Source: a virus (Duplodnaviria; Caudoviricetes). From it: a DNA stretch of 46,899 bases. The notes under the pieces are model-generated. The model made no database searches, was not told the origin of the DNA, and saw nothing but the letters and a program-made list of their open reading frames with translations. Shown one piece after another: positions 30,822-39,810 of the stretch. How positions within the stretch are numbered: position 1 is the first letter of the stretch; each line of letters begins with the position of its first letter. A program made the translations under genes and the position numbers. Where the stretch lies: IMG/VR virus record IMGVR_UViG_3300030433_000503, positions 1 to 46,899 of that record; one strand, given 5' to 3'.

Positions 30822-31028
30822 TTATTTATATACTTTAGCTCTTTGTGAAATAGGCATAGCATCATATTTACATGGATATTTTGATACTTGCATAGGTGTT
30901 ATACCTGAGCTAGAACCAACTCCCATTGGAAAACCCTCTTTACTAAGTGGACCTTCCCATATAGCATTTTCTCCTATTTGACCTTCAAGTTTAGGATTGT
31001 TTTTAATTTTTTCTATATCGTGTCTCAT
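30822..31028 (-). CDS. Hypothetical protein
   Basis: 68 aa, tightly packed in the operon. Confidence 0.6.
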   Translation of the reverse strand: MRHDIEKIKNNPKLEGQIGENAIWEGPLSKEGFPMGVGSSSGITPMQVSKYPCKYDAMPISQRAKVYK

Positions 31029-31030
31029 AA

Positions 31031-31432
31031 TTATTGTTTTTTACAATTTGCTTCTCTATATTTTCTAATATCTTCTGCTGAATGACCAGCATCAGTTGCT
31101 ATTTCATAATCAAACTCTGCAGAGCAAGGATCAACGTTTGGCTCAGAACCTAATGCTTTTAACATTGGACTCATCATAATACCAGAACCCATAACAGCCA
31201 TGTTTCTAGCATTTTGATCACCAAAAATACCCATACCAACTTGTTGAGTTAATGGATCAAAACCACCAGTCATTACTTGTTGAGACATATCTGGCCTAGC
31301 CATCATTGAGTTAGCCATCATTGGTTGTTGGCTTGCTATGGCGTTTGCATTTGTTAAAGCATTGATACTTGGATTTTGCCCCATTCTGCCAAATATACCG
31401 GATACTCCAAAATTTAGTGGATCTTTATTCAT
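31031..31432 (-). CDS. Met/Gln-rich hypothetical protein
   Basis: 133 aa; SPMLK motif; ATGA overlap with the upstream gene. Confidence 0.6.
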   Translation of the reverse strand: MNKDPLNFGVSGIFGRMGQNPSINALTNANAIASQQPMMANSMMARPDMSQQVMTGGFDPLTQQVGMGIFGDQNARNMAVMGSGIMMSPMLKALGSEPNVDPCSAEFDYEIATDAGHSAEDIRKYREANCKKQ

Positions 31433-31869
31433 CTTGTTTTATCTTTGTTTAAATTATAAATTGCTTTTGTCATTACTTTATCCATATATGAAGTGCCAGT
31501 TATTATTTTATTTCTACTAGCAACGTTTATATCTTCATGACCAAGCATTATTCTATATATGCGCTGAATTAATTGTTTACCTTTAAATGATATTTTATAT
31601 ATATTATATTTTTGTGTAGTTCTATTTCTATTACGCCACACAACTATCCAATCATTTTGTATTAATTTATTCCATCTACGATTATTCCAACTGTACGTAT
31701 ATGTACCCGCTTTAAAATCTTTTATTGTAAATAAATCAATGCAATCAAGGTATATTAATAATTCTAAATCACTATCGGTTAAATTGTTGTTTTTGCAAGC
31801 CCATTTGCGTATTACTCGATAGTGTTTCATTAAGTTTAAATCCTTAATATCTTTTGCACTTAATCTCAT
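31429..31869 (-). CDS. Winged-helix (MarR-like) DNA-binding protein
   Basis: LTDSDLELLIYL...KLIQNDWIVVW...YKISFKGKQLI pattern. Confidence 0.6.
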   Translation of the reverse strand: MRLSAKDIKDLNLMKHYRVIRKWACKNNNLTDSDLELLIYLDCIDLFTIKDFKAGTYTYSWNNRRWNKLIQNDWIVVWRNRNRTTQKYNIYKISFKGKQLIQRIYRIMLGHEDINVASRNKIITGTSYMDKVMTKAIYNLNKDKTR

Positions 31870-32126
31870 AAAACAACTACAATATCTTGAGCTTTAATTA
31901 CACGATAAGATTTTTTATCAATTTCTATTTTATGACCAGCATGACGATCAAAATATATTTTATCATCTTGTTTTAATCCTACAACTTCATCACCTACCGA
32001 AACTATACTAGCTTCAACATATCTAATGTCTTCACGTTGGTTTTCTGCAAGAAGTAAACCACCTTTTGTTTTAGTAGTTCCTTCTTTTATTATATTTATT
32101 ATTAAATTTTTACCTACTGCTTTCAT
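31866..32126 (-). CDS. groES: Co-chaperonin GroES
   Basis: KTKGGLLL mobile loop, IVSVGDEV, VIKAQDIVVVL; adjacent to groEL. Confidence 0.88.
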   Translation of the reverse strand: MKAVGKNLIINIIKEGTTKTKGGLLLAENQREDIRYVEASIVSVGDEVVGLKQDDKIYFDRHAGHKIEIDKKSYRVIKAQDIVVVL

Positions 32127-33657
32127 CAACTCTAATATTATTAATTACACAATCTGTTGATAAAATAGTAGTTGCCACTGAAGCTGCATTTTGAAGAGCG
32201 CTTTTTGTAACTAACAGTGGATCAATAATACCACTATTAATCATCTTTACCATATTTCCTGTAACAACATCAATACCTTCACCATCTGAACCTGATATTC
32301 TATATTCTTCATATCCAGCATTAGCTAGTATTGTTTTATAAGGAGATAATATAGCTCTACCTAAAACTTCTTCACCTACATTTTTTTCTTTTATTTTTAA
32401 TGCAGCGTTTAGCAAAGCAACACCACCGCCGGGAACAATTCCTTCTTTTATTGCAGCTTTAGTAGCACATATAGCGTCTTCAACTCTATCTTGTTTTTCT
32501 TTTAATTCAATATCAGAGTTAGCGCCTACTTTTACTATTGCTATTTTGGCAGCTAACATAGCAAGTCTTTTTTCTAACTTAACTACTTCGTTTGCTGTAT
32601 TTTTTTTATTTAATTTATTTTTAATTTCGTGTATTACTTCTTTTACTTCATTTGAAGTATTTTTTACTTGTAATATAGTTTCGTTTTCAGTTGTAATGCT
32701 TTTTACACATTTACCTAAATATTCAACTTTAATTAAATCTAAATCATCACCTAAGTCTTCATTTATAATTGTAGCGCCAGTTAGTAAAGATAAATCATCA
32801 AGTAATTGTTTTCTATTAACACCATATGTTGGTGCGTCAACTACATTGATCTTAATATTACCTTTTATTTTATTCATAGCTAGAGCCGATAAAACACCTT
32901 TTTCTAAGTCGCCAATAATAAGCAAAGGTTTATTGTTTTTTATTACGTACTCTAGCACTGTTTGAATTTGTCTTATAGAATCTATTTTTGATTCTACTAA
33001 CAGCACTAATGGATTTTCTAATTCAGCTGAATGATTTTCAGCATTAGTTATAAAATGCCTATTGGTTAATCCTTTTTCATATTGTGCGCCTTCAACTAGT
33101 TTTATTTCTGTTTTACCAATAGCTGACGGCTCCATCATTACTACGCCTGTAAGATCTACAGCTCTAAATGCATCAGCAATTAATTTACCAAGCTCTGGAT
33201 CATTATTTGTTGATATTGTAGCAATGTGATCAATCATATCTCCTTCTACTGAAACAGATATTGATTCTAAATATTTTACAACTTTTTCAACAGCAGAGTT
33301 TATACCTTCTTTTAATACTCTTGAATTTGTTTTATCAGCAACTTTATATGCTTCTTGTAATATAGCATGTGCTAAGACTGTTGCAGTAGTAGTACCATCT
33401 CCTGCTTGTTGAACTGTTTTACGTGCTGCTTCTTTTAAAAGCGTAGCACCCATGTTTTCTACTGGATCTAACAAAATTACTGAGTCAGCTACTGTTACAC
33501 CATCTTTTGTAATAATTGGTTTACCTGTTGCGTCTTCAAGTAAAACACACTTACCGCTAGCTCCTAGTGTGGAGCTAACAGCTTGTGTAAGTTTTGTTAT
33601 ACCCTTAAATACTTGTTCTCTGGCTGTATCGCCAAAGTTCAGATTTTTAACTATCAT
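32110..33657 (-). CDS. groEL: Chaperonin GroEL
   Basis: ITKDGVTVA, AGDGTTTATVLA, GIVPGGGVAL, GIIDPLLVTKSALQNAASVA; lacks the GGM tail. Confidence 0.95.
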   Translation of the reverse strand: MIVKNLNFGDTAREQVFKGITKLTQAVSSTLGASGKCVLLEDATGKPIITKDGVTVADSVILLDPVENMGATLLKEAARKTVQQAGDGTTTATVLAHAILQEAYKVADKTNSRVLKEGINSAVEKVVKYLESISVSVEGDMIDHIATISTNNDPELGKLIADAFRAVDLTGVVMMEPSAIGKTEIKLVEGAQYEKGLTNRHFITNAENHSAELENPLVLLVESKIDSIRQIQTVLEYVIKNNKPLLIIGDLEKGVLSALAMNKIKGNIKINVVDAPTYGVNRKQLLDDLSLLTGATIINEDLGDDLDLIKVEYLGKCVKSITTENETILQVKNTSNEVKEVIHEIKNKLNKKNTANEVVKLEKRLAMLAAKIAIVKVGANSDIELKEKQDRVEDAICATKAAIKEGIVPGGGVALLNAALKIKEKNVGEEVLGRAILSPYKTILANAGYEEYRISGSDGEGIDVVTGNMVKMINSGIIDPLLVTKSALQNAASVATTILSTDCVINNIRVDESSR

Positions 33658-33679
33658 TTGATTTGATTTAATTTAATTA

Positions 33680-33967
33680 TTATTTAAAGGTTTTTACGAC
33701 TTTTGGTCCTTTCAAAAAATCTACTTTTTTAGCATAATGCTCTACTGAACCATCAATAGCTTGCTCTGCTCCTTCAATAGTTTCTCTACGGGTTACGTCG
33801 TGCCAAGTATCTTCATTTGGATCTTGGTATTCAGTTTGATAAAAACCGTTAGGTAATTGGGTTATTCTCCAGTTTTTCTTTTCTGCGAGATGTTTCCAAA
33901 GGTTAATGGTTTCTTCTGAAATTTGTGGTTGACTATTCCACGATCTAGTCTGGTAATAAAACGTCAT
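33680..33967 (-). CDS. Hypothetical protein
   Basis: 95 aa; first gene after a class II promoter. Confidence 0.7.
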   Translation of the reverse strand: MTFYYQTRSWNSQPQISEETINLWKHLAEKKNWRITQLPNGFYQTEYQDPNEDTWHDVTRRETIEGAEQAIDGSVEHYAKKVDFLKGPKVVKTFK

Positions 33968-34026
33968 AGTTTTAGGTTTTAAGTTTATATTTGGTTTTAC
34001 GCTCTTAACCGAGCAGGTATATTTCT

Positions 34027-34054
34027 ATTATTACTTGTTTTTTTTGTTTTTTAC
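34027..34054 (-). promoter_or_regulatory. Class II promoter motif
   Basis: GTAA-N16-GTAATAAT, followed by a small leader hairpin GCTC-GGTTAA-GAGC (34001-34014). Confidence 0.7.
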
Positions 34055-37000
34055 GCTACAACTAAGTTTCCGGAATTGTCTATGCTTATTTTTCTAGTAG
34101 TATTGCCGTCTGGAGACACTAAAGTAATACCGTCGCCAGGTCCTGGTAACTTAGCACCACTAGATATAGTTTCTAATTTTGAAACATTTAAATAATAAAG
34201 CTTTACTCCTTGACCATTAAATCTTGCTAAATTATCCGTGCCTTCTTTAATCCAAACATCGTTAGAGCCTTGTATTATTAAATCTCCAGTTCCAGTATCG
34301 CTAATATAAGAATCAGTACTATCGTGATATATTTGTAAATCAAAACCAGTTCCAAAAGTTGCTCTAGAATTATCAGGAAATACGGTATATACAGTTCCTG
34401 CTGATGCCGCACTACCATCTAATCTAAAGTATTGAGAAACACCCCCACTTCCATTATCACACTTAAATATTATATCAGAATCATCATCATTGTTAGTAAT
34501 AACAATATTACCGTTATTACTTAATATGCTGCTGGATGTACCATCGTGGCTTATTCTAAAATCAGCACCATCTCCAATTAAAAGTTGTACATTATCTGAT
34601 AACTTAACATTTTTAGAAAATAAAGTTACTTCATCACCACCATCAACTCTAAAATATTCAGTTAATCCACCACTACCATCATCACATTGAAAAGCTATAT
34701 TACTATCATCAGCTCTTTGCTGTATTGTAAGATTACCAGTATAATTTTCTATTTTACTATCGCTGCCATCGTGTGAAATTCTTAAATCATTTCCAGAGCC
34801 AATAGTAAAAGTAATATTATCTTTTACGTTTACATATTTTTGACTTCCATCTAACATTAAGTATGTAGTCATACCACCAGAACCATCATCACTTTGAAAT
34901 ATTATATCTCTATCGTCAGCACTATTTGCTATATATAAATCACCTGTATTATTTTGTATAATGCTATCTGTAGCGTTATGTGATATTTGTAAATCAAAAC
35001 CCCCACCAAAATATGCCACAACGGTATCATTCCACATTACATTTTTTTGAAATCTGTTTAACTCAGCGCTACCATCAATGGTATAATAACTGGTTACTCC
35101 TCCACTTCCATTATCGCATCTAAATATAATATCTTTGTCATTAGCGTTTTGCTGAATGTATAAATCACCATTTATATTATCTATTTGATTTAATGAAGCG
35201 CCTGAATTGTGTTGTATTAATAAATCATTGTTAGCGCCAAATGTTAAACTTTTATCATCAGGAACATTAACCGTATTGGTATTACCATCAATAACGAGCA
35301 TTTCAACACCATCGTTTGGCATTAACTTTAATTGTGCACCTACATTTAATAATCTTGAATATGCTGTATTATCTTTTATTCTTATTTCAGCAATAGAATC
35401 ATCTGACTCAAATTGTGCTACTAAATTTTCATTTCCAGATTTAACTTGCAGTTTTACTGTAGGGTTTAAAAAACTATGGCCAATTCCAAGATTACCAGCA
35501 TCAGTAAGAACCATTTTGTAACTTTGAACTGTATTATTAAAAAATGATAAACCAGCTGTTATTTTACCAACTACAAAGTCGTCACCTGGTCCTGCAAAAT
35601 TTACACCAGGCGCTCCACCTTCTAATTTTATTCCATCGAATCCACTACCTATATCTGCTGAAAATTTAAAGCTATCAGATCCATCTACAACATGTAATTT
35701 TTCAACTGGACTAGTGGTTCCAATACCTACGTTTCCTGATGAGTTTATTGTTAAATAATCAGTTGAACCTACTGAATTACCGTTAGAAATTTTAAAACTA
35801 TCATTATCACTATTATCTATACCTATAGCATATTCTATTGTTCCTGAAAGTCTAAAAGCTAAAGTTGCATCACCAGTTCCGTCTTGATCTATTAACAACA
35901 TTCTACCAACCTGATTATCGTTACTTCTTACATGTATTCTTGCTTCAGGCGATGTTGTTTTAATACCTAATCTCATATTAGTATTATTCCAATAAAAATC
36001 ATTGTCACCAGTTACAGAGTTTACACCATTCCAGAAACTAACTTGACCAGTAGCGCCCGCACCTTGTACAAATGTTTGATCTATTTTATCCCATTTATCA
36101 ACACCGCCAACTTCTACAAATACAGCCCAGTCACCAACTTCCCAGTCAGTAATACCATCTAGGTTTGTATTACCAGCTACAGATACTACATAGTAATTAC
36201 CTACAGTACCTGTTCCCGATGCTAATGTTGGAGTATTTGTGCTAGCGTTCCAGTTACCTTTAAATACAAGACCTGCTGGTATACTTGATATTTGTTGATC
36301 AACGTATTGTTTTGATGTAGCATGCGCATTTGCTGTAGGTATAAGTGGTATTTCTACATCACCTGAAAAATGAGATGGAAGCGTAGAGTCAGAATTAATT
36401 GCTCTTGCTGTACCTGTTACTGGAGTGGGAACAGGATCATTTTGTATTTGTAAGTATGCAAAGTCACCTTGAAGTGTTCCACCACCTGGATAATCAAAAT
36501 CTAATAAATTAACCGCTATATCACCTGAAACATTACCAGAGTTAAATGTAACGTTGGTATGTTGGCCTTGTAAAAACTCTACATCAACAGCAGTTCCAGT
36601 ATCCATAACAGAAGATATATTATTACCTATCATATAACCCAAATCACCAGTCGCTGTAGCTGTTACTCTAGCTTTTGCTTGAGCACCGTATAATGAAGAC
36701 CAAGTAGCATTAGTACCAGAACCATCATACCTAGCTTCTGTATATGCACCGTATAAAACGCCATCATAACCATTAGTTCCTTCAAACTCAGCTTTTGTAT
36801 ATAAACCATAATTATAAGAACCTTTGTTTGCGCCAGTGTGTTTACTATCACCATATAATGCAATGTTAAACGCTCCTGTTGCTGTACTTGTTTGATTAGC
36901 TCTTATTCCATGTATTGGTCCTGATGTGCCTGTTGGTGATGATGTAGATAAAAAAGTACCTGCTAAATCTATTTGCGTAGCATTTTCAGTCATAATAGAA

Positions 37001-37215
37001 TCACCTAGTAAACCAGCTGGACCGTCAGTCCATTTAATTATTGCATTGGTTGTACCAGTACCTGTACCAGTTGAGGTAACAAAATCTGCTAGATTTTTTA
37101 ATGTTAATGCTTTTGTAGGTTTACCATTAGCACTCATATCGGAAATGATCATAAGATCACTAGCCTCTAAGTCACTAGACGAGTTTATTTGTGGATAAGT
37201 GTATATTATTGCCAT
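34051..37215 (-). CDS. Tail fibre/receptor-binding protein with internal repeats
   Basis: FKGNWNASTNTPTLASGTG domain, GNVGIGTTSP fibre repeats, and about 4-5 ~77-aa repeats (DLQISH...TGDLYI...DDxDIIFxCDxGSGG). Confidence 0.7.
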   Translation of the reverse strand: MAIIYTYPQINSSSDLEASDLMIISDMSANGKPTKALTLKNLADFVTSTGTGTGTTNAIIKWTDGPAGLLGDSIMTENATQIDLAGTFLSTSSPTGTSGPIHGIRANQTSTATGAFNIALYGDSKHTGANKGSYNYGLYTKAEFEGTNGYDGVLYGAYTEARYDGSGTNATWSSLYGAQAKARVTATATGDLGYMIGNNISSVMDTGTAVDVEFLQGQHTNVTFNSGNVSGDIAVNLLDFDYPGGGTLQGDFAYLQIQNDPVPTPVTGTARAINSDSTLPSHFSGDVEIPLIPTANAHATSKQYVDQQISSIPAGLVFKGNWNASTNTPTLASGTGTVGNYYVVSVAGNTNLDGITDWEVGDWAVFVEVGGVDKWDKIDQTFVQGAGATGQVSFWNGVNSVTGDNDFYWNNTNMRLGIKTTSPEARIHVRSNDNQVGRMLLIDQDGTGDATLAFRLSGTIEYAIGIDNSDNDSFKISNGNSVGSTDYLTINSSGNVGIGTTSPVEKLHVVDGSDSFKFSADIGSGFDGIKLEGGAPGVNFAGPGDDFVVGKITAGLSFFNNTVQSYKMVLTDAGNLGIGHSFLNPTVKLQVKSGNENLVAQFESDDSIAEIRIKDNTAYSRLLNVGAQLKLMPNDGVEMLVIDGNTNTVNVPDDKSLTFGANNDLLIQHNSGASLNQIDNINGDLYIQQNANDKDIIFRCDNGSGGVTSYYTIDGSAELNRFQKNVMWNDTVVAYFGGGFDLQISHNATDSIIQNNTGDLYIANSADDRDIIFQSDDGSGGMTTYLMLDGSQKYVNVKDNITFTIGSGNDLRISHDGSDSKIENYTGNLTIQQRADDSNIAFQCDDGSGGLTEYFRVDGGDEVTLFSKNVKLSDNVQLLIGDGADFRISHDGTSSSILSNNGNIVITNNDDDSDIIFKCDNGSGGVSQYFRLDGSAASAGTVYTVFPDNSRATFGTGFDLQIYHDSTDSYISDTGTGDLIIQGSNDVWIKEGTDNLARFNGQGVKLYYLNVSKLETISSGAKLPGPGDGITLVSPDGNTTRKISIDNSGNLVVA

Positions 37216-37218
37216 GTG

Positions 37219-37671
37219 TTATGAGTATATTCTTACTTCAAATGATGCGTTTTGCATTGCGTTGTCGATACCACCAGTAGTTAATGTAATTACCGTGTCA
37301 CTAGTTCTTGTCCATTGCGGAGGTGTATTACCACCAGCTACATCAATACCATTATTGTTAAATACTATTGTTTTATTCACTGTAAAAGCACTACCACTAG
37401 CAGTCATTGTATACGTGCCACCTGCTGTTCTAGCCCAAGTGTACGTGTAACCAGTGTTGTTTTTTAGTACTGTTGCCACTGGAGCTGCGCCACCAGCTTG
37501 TGTTAATAACGCTGTATACACTGTATAGCCTACACCTGCTTGCACAACTGCATCTACTGTAAAGTTTTTAGTTGGATTTGTTTGGTTGGTACCACCTGTA
37601 GTCTTTTGTGTACCTAATAGTAAGTCTTCACTGTCTGGAGTTGCTTGTTGATATGCGATTATTCTTGCCAT
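37219..37671 (-). CDS. Fibre-related structural protein
   Basis: 150 aa; N-terminus resembles that of the adjacent fibre; YTVYTALLTQ...EVRIYS. Confidence 0.6.
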   Translation of the reverse strand: MARIIAYQQATPDSEDLLLGTQKTTGGTNQTNPTKNFTVDAVVQAGVGYTVYTALLTQAGGAAPVATVLKNNTGYTYTWARTAGGTYTMTASGSAFTVNKTIVFNNNGIDVAGGNTPPQWTRTSDTVITLTTGGIDNAMQNASFEVRIYS

Positions 37672-37697
37672 ATTTTAATTTTTTTGTCTATAAGTAT

Positions 37698-37725
37698 ATA
37701 CTCACACAAAAATAGGTAAATTTAC
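37698..37725 (-). promoter_or_regulatory. Class II promoter motif heading the structural arm
   Basis: GTAA-N16-GTGAGTAT. Confidence 0.65.
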
Positions 37726-37777
37726 TTTATCGTATGTGATATAGTATATCTATTATATAATATATTACTCCTATCTA

Positions 37778-37800
37778 GATATTATACGTAGTATAATATC
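37778..37800. repeat. Perfect 10-bp inverted repeat
   Basis: GATATTATAC-GTA-GTATAATATC. Confidence 0.75.
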
Positions 37801-37944
37801 ATAAGGGGGAAGAGAATTTAGAAAAGTTGTTGCAAATAGAGAGGTTTAGCGTCCCCCCTACCTGTTTTTATTTTCGTTTTTCTTGTAATTTACCTTTTTT
37901 TTGGCGGCCCCGCCTGTTTTTTACACATTTTTTACATATTTTTT

Positions 37945-37975
37945 CGAAAGTTAATACTAACTTTGTTAGATAATA
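37945..37975 (+). promoter_or_regulatory. Class I (early) promoter motif, copy 1
   Basis: CGAAAGTTAATACTAACTTTGTTAGATAATA. Confidence 0.75.
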
Positions 37976-38018
37976 TAAATGTAAGTATAATAAATAATTA
38001 CTATGCGTATAAATATAT

Positions 38019-38065
38019 ATGACATAATGACATACAATGACACATTGCGCAATGACACAATGACA
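38019..38065 (+). repeat. ATGACA x5 direct repeats
   Basis: Copies start at 38019, 38027, 38037, 38052 and 38060. Confidence 0.7.
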
Positions 38066-38100
38066 TTATTATACACTAAACAAAACAACACTTTTAAAAA

Positions 38101-38131
38101 CGAAACTAAATACTAATAACATTAGATAATA
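38101..38131 (+). promoter_or_regulatory. Class I promoter motif, copy 2
   Basis: CGAAACTAAATACTAATAACATTAGATAATA. Confidence 0.75.
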
Positions 38132-38172
38132 CTAATATAAATAATAAATAATAATAACTTAAAATTCTAATT

Positions 38173-38406
38173 ATGACAAACACTATTAACTCAAAAAGAT
38201 TTGTAGTACGTAAATCTTTAATCGGTAAAAACACAACTATTAATGTTGAATTTAAAAATGGTAAATCTTGTACTTACTCTCATGATAAAGTATATGAAAT
38301 TATGAAAGATACACTTACAAAATTACCTTGCTGGTTAAAGTATAACTCATATACAAGTTCTACAAATGTACCTGTAAAAGTTAGAGAACTAGTTGAAGTA
38401 AAGTAA
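38173..38406 (+). CDS. Early hypothetical protein
   Basis: 77 aa after two class I motifs. Confidence 0.75.
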   Translation: MTNTINSKRFVVRKSLIGKNTTINVEFKNGKSCTYSHDKVYEIMKDTLTKLPCWLKYNSYTSSTNVPVKVRELVEVK

Positions 38407-38421
38407 ACTAGTCTCTACAAA

Positions 38422-38465
38422 TCTAGTCTTGGAGCAGAGGTGGGTTTCGATTACCCACACTAGAG
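38422..38465 (+). ncRNA. Minimal tRNA-like RNA (acceptor stem plus T-arm, no anticodon arm)
   Basis: TCTAGT/ACTAGA stem, GTGGGT-TTCGATT-ACCCAC T-arm, 12-nt GG-containing linker, followed by CTA. Confidence 0.55.
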
Positions 38466-38479
38466 CTAAACATATAACT

Positions 38480-38704
38480 ATGCGAATATTTAAAACTTAT
38501 AACACTAAATTTCAATGTGATTGGTTTCACTGTGAAATAAATAATGAACACTACTCATCACCTCATCGTGAAAATGTAGAGGCTTGGCGTGACGACAAGT
38601 TAATCAATGCTGATTACTATAAAGAGTTAGCAAAGTTAACTGATGGTGCTATCGCTGAATACTATGCAAGTAAAACAAGGTGGGATAATTATACAGGAGA
38701 CTAA
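38480..38704 (+). CDS. Early hypothetical protein
   Basis: Start reassigned to ATG 38480 (MRIFKTY...); the track's TTG start lies inside the tRNA-like element. Confidence 0.65.
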   Translation: MRIFKTYNTKFQCDWFHCEINNEHYSSPHRENVEAWRDDKLINADYYKELAKLTDGAIAEYYASKTRWDNYTGD

Positions 38705-38750
38705 TATGAAAAGAGATTTATATAGATATGCAAAAGAAAGAAGGGATTTT

Positions 38751-38781
38751 CGAAATAAAATACGAATAACCTTAGATAATA
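38751..38781 (+). promoter_or_regulatory. Class I promoter motif, copy 3
   Basis: CGAAATAAAATACGAATAACCTTAGATAATA. Confidence 0.75.
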
Positions 38782-38799
38782 ATAATATAAAATTTAAAT

Positions 38800-39012
38800 A
38801 TGAATACAATAAAATTTACTTCTAAAACAACTTGCCGCTTAAACGGTATTGAGTACAAAGGTTATAATGTTGGCGACTTACCTAACTCATTTGGCTTCAA
38901 AGAAATATATCTTGGTCAAGATGAAGAAGGTAATGACCAGTATAAATTTGGTAAAGACAACTGGTTTAACTACAAAGGTTTAACATTTATAGAAAAACCT
39001 TTGCAATGGTAG
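38800..39012 (+). CDS. Early hypothetical protein
   Basis: 70 aa after a class I motif. Confidence 0.7.
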   Translation: MNTIKFTSKTTCRLNGIEYKGYNVGDLPNSFGFKEIYLGQDEEGNDQYKFGKDNWFNYKGLTFIEKPLQW

Positions 39013-39197
39013 TAACTAATATGAAAGAATTATGCGAGTATGTTAAGCAGAAGCGTAAAGCTCGCGCAGCACAACACACTGAAATCATAAAAATATATGG
39101 TGCGTGTAGAGGTATGGGTAATAGAAGATACAAGTTGCCGCAAAAATCTTCGTTCCCTAAACAATATAAAGCGGCATATAATAAAATATGGAGATGA
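39006..39197 (+). CDS. Early basic hypothetical protein
   Basis: 63 aa, overlapping operon-style. Confidence 0.6.
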   Translation: MVVTNMKELCEYVKQKRKARAAQHTEIIKIYGACRGMGNRRYKLPQKSSFPKQYKAAYNKIWR

Positions 39198-39394
39198 AAA
39201 TAAATAAAAATCTACGAAGAGTGCTTGTCACTGTAGCACTAGTTAGTACAAGTTTTTACTTTGGAACAAGAAACGGTGAACAAAATATATTAGACAGGTG
39301 GGAAAATAGATGGTTTGAGTCAGATTGGTATGACACTAAATCTATTGAAGACTTCTTATATGACAAAGATTATAGTATTGAACTCGGTGAATAA
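39188..39394 (+). CDS. Early membrane-anchored hypothetical protein
   Basis: N-terminal hydrophobic segment VLVTVALVSTSFYFG. Confidence 0.6.
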   Translation: MEMKINKNLRRVLVTVALVSTSFYFGTRNGEQNILDRWENRWFESDWYDTKSIEDFLYDKDYSIELGE

Positions 39395-39395
39395 T

Positions 39396-39426
39396 CGAAA
39401 CATAATACGAATCAAGTTAGATAATA
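39396..39426 (+). promoter_or_regulatory. Class I promoter motif, copy 4
   Basis: CGAAACATAATACGAATCAAGTTAGATAATA. Confidence 0.75.
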
Positions 39427-39442
39427 ATATAAAATAAAAAAT

Positions 39443-39631
39443 ATGTATTGTAAATGCGGAAACACTGTGCACCCAGTGCGATTAGAATTAGGTTATAAAA
39501 ATTGTGTTAGTTGTAGTACTACTAAAACTTACTCATACGTACCTATTATCACCCATAAAACTGGTAATACTATACAAATAGTATCACAAGAGGTTTCCGC
39601 ATCAGTACACAAAGCATGGAGAAGAAAATAA
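39443..39631 (+). CDS. DksA/TraR-type C4 zinc-finger protein
   Basis: CKCGNTVHPVRLELGYKNCVSC. Confidence 0.6.
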   Translation: MYCKCGNTVHPVRLELGYKNCVSCSTTKTYSYVPIITHKTGNTIQIVSQEVSASVHKAWRRK

Positions 39632-39810
39632 ATAAACTATTAATATTTGCAGCAATATATCTAACAGGTATATACTCAGCTATGTATTACTGTTATAAAC
39701 AACCTGTAGATGAGCATATAAATATTATAAACAGACAGTTAAACTTTCCTAAACAGGAGTGTTATACTGAAAAAGATTTAGAATTAATAATATATGGAAA
39801 AGAAAGGTAG
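39616..39810 (+). CDS. Membrane-anchored hypothetical protein
   Basis: N-terminal TM segment LLIFAAIYLTGIYSAMYY. Confidence 0.55.
   Translation: MEKKINKLLIFAAIYLTGIYSAMYYCYKQPVDEHINIINRQLNFPKQECYTEKDLELIIYGKER

Noticed and set aside
21606-37215. Diversity-generating retroelement acting on fibres
   Set aside because: No reverse transcriptase and no near-identical template/variable repeat pair noticed; similarity is at protein level.
354-37450. Short + strand ORFs in the structural arm (e.g. 354, 12213, 14850, 15790, 32546, 35207) and - strand ORFs in the early arm
   Set aside because: Antisense shadows of real genes with F/S/L/I-biased composition.
38643-38825. 60-aa ORF (or 39 aa from ATG 38706)
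   Set aside because: Overlaps two better ORFs and reads through promoter copy 3; no independent support, though a short peptide cannot be excluded.
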